Below, in pieces: positions 55,801-64,000 of a stretch of DNA of 64,000 nucleotides (positions within the stretch are counted from its first letter, which is position 1; each line of letters opens with the position of its first letter). The notes below the pieces were generated by a model. It saw only the letters and a program-made list of their open reading frames with translations. It had not been told where the DNA came from and searched no databases. Made by a program: the position numbers and the translations under genes. This DNA is from Oikopleura dioica (lineage: Eukaryota > Animalia > Chordata), in NCBI GenBank assembly GCA_907165135.1, contig OU015567.1, positions 4,464,001 to 4,528,000 of the forward strand, written 5' to 3'.

Positions 55801-58800
55801 CAGAAGACGACAAAACCAAACCGCCAAAACTAACCTTGGTGAGGCAGAATTCCTAGTATCATAATCCGATACTGAAATATCATCTTGATCCTGACTATCG
55901 TCAAAGGACCTGACACTAGGAGATGACGGAAAGAGCGGGCTTCCACTATGACCAGCTTGCGTGGCGAATTCATTTGCCTTCTTCTCCGCGCTTCTGAGTT
56001 TTTTGTTTAACTTTCTGCATAGTTTCTCCAACCGCTCATTCGTGTTCGTCAACCGAGAGATTTCTCCCATTAGGCTTGAAACCTGCTCTGACGAGCCCAT
56101 TTCCTGGCCGTAGAGCTTTTCTTTCGTTTCATCGAGATCAAGTTGCTTGTTCATCATTTCAGCTTTCAGCGTTTCAAGGAGAGTCATGTCGATTTCGTCC
56201 GTATTCATCTCCGTCGAGCGCATCCTTGACTTTCTCTCCGCTTGTTTTTGCTGCTCTGCCAACTGCGCTTCTTTCATCGATTCCAAGTCCTTCATTAACA
56301 ACTCGTTCTTTCTGATCATCACGACATCAGCGCCTCCGCCTTCCTGAGCAGCGTCGGTCAAAGCTGTCAGCTCGCCATTGAGCTTTTCGTTTTCAGCCTT
56401 GACGTGGGCGAGTTCGACTTGAAGAGTGTCGTACTTTGCGGTCACCTCGACCATTTGGTCGGCCTGTCGATTTCGAGTGATTTGGAGCTCATCGTTCAGG
56501 TTTGCATACCTTTAGTTGGTTTTTTATAAGTTATCTATTTACAACCATATTCATAAACTCAGGCTTACGAGCTGGGAAAGAAAAATTGAGGCCATAGATG
56601 AGTTAAAAAAAACATATCAATAATACTCCTAATACTCTCCTTGTCATCATTCAAAAGCGCACGCTGGGCAATTAATAAAAACAAAACCGTTTCCTTTGAT
56701 TAAGCGTATTCAACTCTTGCTCCTTCTCCATCAGTTGAGAAGAGAGCAGTTCGGCCGCACCATCACTTGTTCCTTGACTTGCTTGGCGCCTGTACTCATT
56801 GACCTTTATCTCGCTCTCAGACCGCAGTCGCAAAAGATCATCGTCCAAAGTTTTCGCTCTTTGTCGCAACTGATCACTTTCCGCTTCAAGTTCAATCTTG
56901 ACTTTCTGCGTCTGTTCTAATTGATTTTTAGCAGCCATCGTTTGTCGATTCGCCTCTTCGAGTAGCGCCTCTAGTTCCTGAAAAACGCGTTGAAAACAGA
57001 AAACTTGAATAAAAAGAAGCTGACCTGAATTCTAACGTCCTTTTCCGCCGACTCCTTGACCAGATCGTCTCTCTGATTCGACACTTGACCAAGCTGGGCC
57101 ACGATTTCCGCCGCCTTTTCATCACTGAGCTCGCTGCTCTTGTCAGCTGAAAAGAGATTATTCAATAGCCCCTCTTTTGAACAAAGATGAAACCAATCCA
57201 GTTTTCGATTTCACAAATTACTACTGACCTTTAGCGAGTTTTTCTTCTAGCTCCTTAATCTTTGCCGCTTTGTCGTCGCTTTTTCGCTTGAGTTCCATGA
57301 TTTTATTTTCAAGACCTTTATTGAGCGATTTCATCTTGTTGACATCACGTGCTTCTGCTCTGAGAATCCTGTATCGTCGACGGGCTACTTTAACACGCCA
57401 CAAGCACTGGATTCGGACGATTCTTCTGATATTCAGTACAAATAGTTTCCTGGCCTGATACATTCGCCAAACCGACTGAATCAGCGTAGCAGCTTGCTCT
57501 CGCTTGAGACCAAAAGCGGCCTGCATTGCGAACTTCTTCCTGACTAAGCTCTGGACATAAACCGTGCCTCTTCTCAGCTTTTCGTACATGATCCTCGCCT
57601 TGGTCATCATCCACCAGCTCTGAATCTTCGTCGCAGCAGCCTGTTCCCTCAGCTCTTGAAGCTGTTTTCGAGCGAGGAAAGCTCGGGCTGCAGTTTGAAG
57701 CTTGATCGCAATTGCTCGTTTTTTCAGGTACTGTCGTCGGTAAATGAACATCTTGATGAACTTCTGGATGATCGCTGCCGAGTGATTCAACCTGTCAATT
57801 CTCCATTTTTCCATCAGCGCGACCTGACCGGCTCTGAAGAAGATCTTCGTCTTCCCGAAAGCGTATTTATCTTCATCGGGAATAAGTCGGGTAAGCATCG
57901 CTTCGCACGCTTTTCTCGGCTCCATTTTCGGCTCTTTTCCTCGAAGAAGAACGCGGTAGCGAGTACGGAAGTCTTTGTACGTCCATCTTCCGGGAATCCA
58001 GCTGCAGAAAGCCGCACTGTCTCTAGAACACCACACGCTCGAAGTTGCTCGACCGAACGCGATGGCTCAAAAGTAAAAACGGCCTTTTCGTCGTTCGGCT
58101 TGATACAACGCACGTAATGAGGAGTCGTTGCGTTCAATTTCTCCATCAGGCTTTTCAAACTGTCCGAAAACTGTCGACCAACAGTTGCTTTCAGCGATTT
58201 TGATCGAGCACCAGGCCGTGTTGGTTTCTTCGACGGAGGCGGCGCCTTTTCTTGGAACAACTTTGCAACGAGATCAAATTTCGACCCTTTGAGAATCGCC
58301 ACTTGTTCTTCATTGACTGCGTCGCGGTTTTTGGACACAAAATCTTCAACTTGATATGTGACATCGTCTGCAAAGTGCTTGATAATAAACGCGGAATTTG
58401 ACGTTCTTGGTTTGTCGAAATTCTTGTGTTTCTTCAAATGACGGTTGTACAAATTCATCGCCCAGCTATCATCAGAACCCTTTGGCATCTTGCACTCCTC
58501 ATCGAGCAAATCGAGGACTCCGAGTTTTGCTTCGATCAGATCAATACATGGTTGATTGTCGTAAAACTCGATCTTCGTCCAATTGAGCTTTTCTTTTTGG
58601 TACTCTTCTTGTTCAAGTTTAAAGACGTGCTGGCAGAACTGCTGCTGGAGCTTCTCATTAGCGTAGTTGATGCAAAACTGTTCAAAGGAATTGACTTCGA
58701 AGGTTTCGAACCCGTAAATATCCAAAACGCCGATAGAATTCGCTGATTTCGACTTGGTTTTCAGCGCTTCATTGACTTGACCCACGATCATTTCGAATAA

Positions 58801-60782
58801 CTTCGCGTAAATGAACTTTGCGAGGGAGTCTCGAGCGCTGATGGCTTCTTCTAGCCGTAATGGTTTATCAAAAACATCGGTGACAGTTTGAATTCGTCTG
58901 TGAATAAGCCACTGGCAGAGCTGCGAGCTTTCGACGCCCATGAGCGTGCAAACGATTCCGAGAGATTTCTCAGCTGGATCGAGAGAGGCGGAGTCGTTGC
59001 CTGACTCTGTCATCTCGATGTTGCCAATGTGAAGGATGGCGGCGAGGACGCGAAGAATGAGACTTTGCTCTTTTGAACCGACGCCCAGGAGAGTAAGGGC
59101 GTATTGAGTCTCGCTGAATTCCTTGGCATCGTCAACGTTGTCTACTTCTAGGCATTCTCCAGCAGTGAGGTAGGTGAAGTCGGTCACTTCTTTCAAATGG
59201 AGGGAGGCGAGCTAGGGGTCAAGTTAGGAGGGAACACGTGAATATATAGTTGAGCTACATAAAAATGATAAAAAACTAAGCATAGGCTAGAGTAATCAAC
59301 ATCTAAGTTAATCGCGTGCAAGGAATGAGGATGAGACAAGTGGCTAAAAAATGAGATAAGATGGATGCATCATTTTTGAACCTAAATAAAACACCAAGGA
59401 AAAGGACTGATTGAATGGTTTTTGATTGACTTTTTGGCATTCACGATTGTAATTTCACCTCTCTTTCAATGTCAGGCGGAAATCTGACGATCTGAAAAAC
59501 TAACTAATTTTCAGGATCATCAGAAAATCGAGTAATCAGGGAGCACAAGAAGATACGAATATATCTTCAAGAAAATTGTAATCAAATTAAAAGTAACTCA
59601 ACTCAAAACTCAATAAAACTCAAAGCCGGAAGAATACTCACTCGGCGGTTCCACTAGGGAATGAGGAATTAGTTTTTTTATAGGAAAAATCAAAGGATAA
59701 ATAGCAAAAGGATTAATCTTAAAGAGATACTCATAGTTTGGTAGAGCATTAACCTTTGTTTTCTAAAGAGTGTTAAATAATTAATCATTTTTTAAGACGA
59801 TAGAGGTAGAATAGGTACCTGTGGATCAGTTTGAGCAGCAGCCACAAGCTGGTAAAATATATGATAGTTTCTTTCATTCGGTCCCGGTCTGACAACACGA
59901 GATTTTTCCAGCAGATAAGTTCGCATAGCCGCCCCGGTTACTCGATGCTTCTGGTCGAAATCAAGCTCGATGTATTTACCAAAACGGGACGAATTATCAT
60001 TCCTCGTCGTTTTCGCGTTTCCGATGGCTTCCATGATCGGGTTGCTCGCTAGAACTTTTGTCTCGACATTGTCTTTCCCCGAAGTAGGGCCGGATGATCC
60101 TCCAACTTGTGCGAAAAACTTCATGGAGAACTTTGCAGACACGGTTTTTCCTGCGCCCGATTCGCCAGTGACGATGATGGATTGATTCTTCCCGAAGCGA
60201 GTCATATTTGTAAAGGCCGAATTGGCGATTGAATAGATGTGCGGGTCGAGTTCTGCGTTGTCCCGGGTTGAATAGAGCTCGATGAAATCATTGTCGTAGA
60301 TGGGACATGCTTGGTAGGGGTTGATGGCGACCAGGACAATTCCACAGTAGGTATACACTTGTTCACGATGAACAAACCGTTCCTAGACATTTGATAAGGA
60401 AAGAGAAAGGGGACTTACAAACCTTCAAAGAGTTTAACACAGCCGGTTCATGAAGAAATGACAGCGCCGTCAAATCATTCTCTGCCAATAAAACATCTGG
60501 ATTACGCAAATGCGGCTTCCCATTTTTCTTGAGGTTGAACTTATGCACATTGTACTCGTCGTCATCATCTTCGCTGTCTGAGCCGGCGTCATCCTCGCGC
60601 TCGAAGATGACATTCACGTGATCGGACTCTGGATCAAGATTTTCTGCGAGCTTGCAGGGGCGCCAGACTGTTTCGGCATCGGGGATCCAAACTCGCGCTC
60701 CCTAAAAGAAAATATAGGGGTACAGTCAACCGCAAGAGCATACCTTGACATAAAGAGCTTCAAGATCTGACTGAGCTGGCAT
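52844..60782 (-). CDS. MYO5: Unconventional myosin V (SH3-like, motor, 6 IQ, coiled coil, dilute domain)
   Basis: [21 protein letters not shown]; P-loop GESGAGKT; NDNSSRFGK; DIYGFE; [11 protein letters not shown]; six IQ motifs; coiled coil; DIL domain [40 protein letters not shown]. Stop at 52844-52846. Apparent 1-nt deletion at ~57990 in AGFP(G)RWTY. Confidence 0.95.
55104..55784. mobile_element. Non-autonomous Kolobok-type element (681 bp, TTAA TSD) in a myosin V intron
   Basis: TTAA|GGGTATGGTACGCGC ... GCGCGTACCATAGCC|TTAA. Internally homologous (opposite orientation) to 22608-23278. Confidence 0.8.
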
Positions 60783-61501
60783 TGTTTGATAAAAAATAGC
60801 TTCTTGATTTGGTACGATTTCGATTAAAAGCTCCTTTTACAAGAAAACTTTAAAACACATCTGAATGAAAAAGGTAATACAATATTCAATGAATAAATTG
60901 AGCTACTGGATCAGTAACAGTAGTGATAACTGTACTATTTTGATACATAGAAATTGAATTTCAAAGTACTTTTTAAAGAAGTCATTTTTAAAAGCTGTAA
61001 ATGATTGATTTGTCAGTACCCAGGATCTGTGGCGAGTTTCAGTTTTAAAATAGAAAAAAATGGCTCGACTTTGATGAAAATTGCAAAATTTTTCAAATAA
61101 ATGAGTGATCAAAGAATCTTTAGCGGCGGCTTCGAGAAGACGTCGAACTTCCGTACTTCTTCTTCTCATACTCTACTTGACGCGCCTTTTCTTCTGAAAA
61201 GCGGGTTCATGGACAGTTTTGGTTTCGAATAGTAGGAAAAACTGGAGGTCGTAAAAGTGAGTTTCACACGGTAGTATTTATCGACTAAAAACGATGATCC
61301 ATCAACACTTTCGATTCATGGTTAATTGAGTCATCATTTACTGAGCTTCCTGGTTTTGAACAATTTAGGGTTTGATCCAAAAATAAATATAGTGGCCCTC
61401 TTAGTACATGTATTTTCTTCATAAGTTTTATTGGAACCTCCTCTTTGCTTTATTGACCTCGAAGTTATCGATCTCTCGAAGACAACAGCGTTTTTCGTCA
61501 G

Positions 61502-64000
61502 TTAATGAACCGCTCCTAAGCGCTTGTTCTCCTGTCTGATGCGTTCCATTTTCGCATCGAGCTCATCCCTTCCCCTTCTTCTCGAGTCCCTTCCACTATC
61601 TCGTCTTCTTCTAGAAGGGGAATGATCCCGTGAATACGATCTTCTACGTCTTCGGTTATCTCGACTTCTGCTCCTCGAAGATCTTCGTCGATTTCGCCGA
61701 TTTCGTGAGCGAAGACGATCTCGATCTCGGTCACGATCTCTTCGTTCATCTTCGTAGCCGTCGCTAAAGATAAGCTCGGATTAGAGAAAAAGAAGCATTG
61801 TGGCTTTATTTACCTGCGCATTTTGGACTTCTTCCAGACTGCATCGTCGTCATCTTATAAAAGAAAAATTGACCCCTTGACACTTGTTGATGAATTATTT
61901 ATGAAAAACAATTTGAGGGTGATCAATAAAGAACTTAAAAGTGTCCTGTTTCTGTTTTGATAGACGCACTTCTTAAATTACTTGTTTTCCTATGATAGAT
62001 TTTCCCTTATAGATTATCTTCGCTCGTTAAACCCCTTCTTTTCTTTGTAAAATGATTACCTGAAGAATTCTTTACTGTAAATTTCTCATCTTCGCTGGAG
62101 GAATCTTCTTCGGAGACAATATCTTTGGCAGTTTGAAAAACAGCACGGCTGAAAATGAGTTAATTAACCCGCTTCTCAAACTTGATCTCTTTCGATTTTC
62201 TCTTGAGTGCTCTAACATACTAAGGGCGTGTGATGCAAATGTATTCGCTGCTGTAATATTACTGTTGATATTACTTGTCGACAGCCGAAATTGGCCCCTG
62301 GAGACATGAAGGAGAACATGCCTCTAGGAACAAAAACAGCGTTGTGTTTTCCCTTTTGTGGAAATTCTAGCGCTAGGAAATGAAAAACGACATGTAGGCC
62401 TATTGTTTGGGCACGCACTCATACACACTTTGGGCACACAAATTTCCATTGAAGCGATGCGTAACCAGGATAATTAAAATTGATCGATTTGTGATTGCAT
62501 AGCGCTTGAGTAATACAAATGCAAATCAAAGGCGAAAATTAAATATAATCTCACCTTGAATTTCGCCGCTTCTTGGAAACTTTCTTTTGATTCCTGTGCA
62601 CAGTGGAGACGTCCAATTCCAAGTCGCTGTTTCCGTCTTCTTCGCTGCTCGTGTTCGGGTTGATAATCAGCTGATTTGGGTTGGTGGACTTTTTCGCGCT
62701 GTCGTTTTTCACGGTCCGAGTTATTTTCAGAGCTGAGAAGCTTTCTGTCGAAAGTCAGGGTTTTTAAAATATTAATATTTTAGATACTCAAACGATTTTC
62801 TTTATTGAGCTTTGTTTTGAGAGCTGGGCTCGATAACTTTTGTAGAAAACCTGAGTCGAGTTTAAAAAATCTATTATAAAAAACCAAAGTTAGAAACCCT
62901 TGTCGATTGGGCAGCAGGATCATCATCTCCAGTAACTGGCAGTCGGCGAACAATCGTCTTCGATGAACTTTGAGGTAACTGGGAGTCGAGGGCCGAATCA
63001 TGACGTTGAAGATTCGAAATTGTTAAGGATAAGCTCGATGCTAAGGCAGTGGTGTTTTTCAGCGCCGGATTTATGTGCACCTTGGGCGACTGTTTCTTCA
63101 ACTTTGAGCGAAGGTCTAATGGAGGTCTTCTTTTGGATGATCTGGGTAAAAAGGGTTGAAGAAATCAGTCAAAGGGCAAAAATGTACTTTTGTGATAGTA
63201 ACTGCTTGCGCATCGCTTCAAGATCTTCTTCATCGGAGCTGCTATTATTTCCATTTTCGCCGTTTTCGGAGTTTGTTCTCTTGAATTTTCCCAGCGAGCC
63301 TGAAAGAAAAAAAAAATCAGAATTCTAGTCAGTCGTTTATTTGCTTTTGAAACCAAAAGCCTTCTTCTCAGGTGCGAAAATCAAAGAAAGACAGAAGGGG
63401 GAATGATTTGACACTGACTTGCAGCATCTAAAATCTATGTAGAAAATCCGAGTCAGAAACAACTTTGTCTCTCATAAATGGTTATAAAATAAAATTAAGG
63501 GTGCCTCTTACCTAAAGCAGCATTTCTCAGGGCTTCCAGTCCGTCCATTTCTTCGCTAGACTCTTCATCTCCGGACTTGTCCTTTTCATTTTTCTCCTCC
63601 TTTGAGCTTTCTGGCGATTTGGATCTCGATCGGCTTCTGCTCCTGCTTCTGGTCTCTTCAAGAATCGATTCATGCGTTTCTTCGTCGCCAGAGAAGTCTT
63701 GGAGTTCTTGCTCGAAGCTGTTTTCTCCCTCCTTTCCCAGCTGAATTTCATTATATTCAGAATTCCTTTTTCATTTTACCATATGATCTTGACTTGAAGA
63801 ATCAACTCTTTCAGGCGACTGTTGATAACCAACTTTTTTCCACTTTCCGCTAGTTTGGGAACTCTCGCTTTTTCTCCTTGAATCGTCGTTTTTCGTAGAA
63901 GCAGCGTATTCCGAGTTCATTAGCTCATTTTCTAGCTCTGCGTCAATATCTTTTTGGGTTGAGAAATTTCGACCGAAGAAAAAAATGACGAAAATGATGC
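61502..64000 (-). CDS. Acidic / Arg-Ser-rich protein (probable splicing-related), 3' part; continues beyond window
   Basis: Last exon DGYEDERRDRDRDRDRLRSRNRRNRRRSSRSRSRDNRRRRRSYSRDHSPSRRRR..ERIRQENKRLGAVH* (stop 61502-61504). Upstream exons are acidic and contain RSRSRSKSP. Confidence 0.6.

Noticed and set aside
57960-58020. Frame switch in the myosin V motor domain suggesting programmed frameshifting
   Set aside because: One missing base in a short C/G run restores the conserved AGFPGRWTY. It has the same error signature as other indels in the window.

Overview
Gene-dense, AT-rich eukaryotic genomic DNA with very short introns (often 30-70 nt), chordate-type genes and many small DNA-transposon relics. 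This best fits the larvacean tunicate Oikopleura dioica or a close relative (inferred from gene architecture, no database hit). Recognisable genes in order: cyclin I-like (-), TTC12 (+), EPS15-like (+), MFSD8-like MFS transporter (-), troponin T (-) with a tRNA-Lys(UUU) nested antisense in one intron, a damaged RDH-type SDR (+), a C2H2 zinc-finger gene (+), a secreted Cys-rich/Kelch-like protein (+), sodium leak channel NALCN (+), an EF-hand protein (+), a PLA2-like/C-type-lectin mosaic protein (+), a small single-pass membrane protein (+), a coiled-coil protein (+), myosin V (-) and an RS-domain protein (-) running off the right end. Non-autonomous DNA transposons include Tc1/mariner-type (TA), hAT-type (8-bp TSD), Kolobok-type (TTAA) and a multi-copy CCTGAGTCAGG/AAGCCGC palindromic family. 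The most striking observation is a 980-bp foldback element with ~300-bp TIRs and a TCTAGA duplication inside a coding exon of an otherwise intact NALCN. It could be removed in frame as a GG-AG intron or partly exonised. Several single-base frameshifts fall in homopolymer runs and are probably assembly errors. Exon boundaries were read by eye and some gene ends are approximate.
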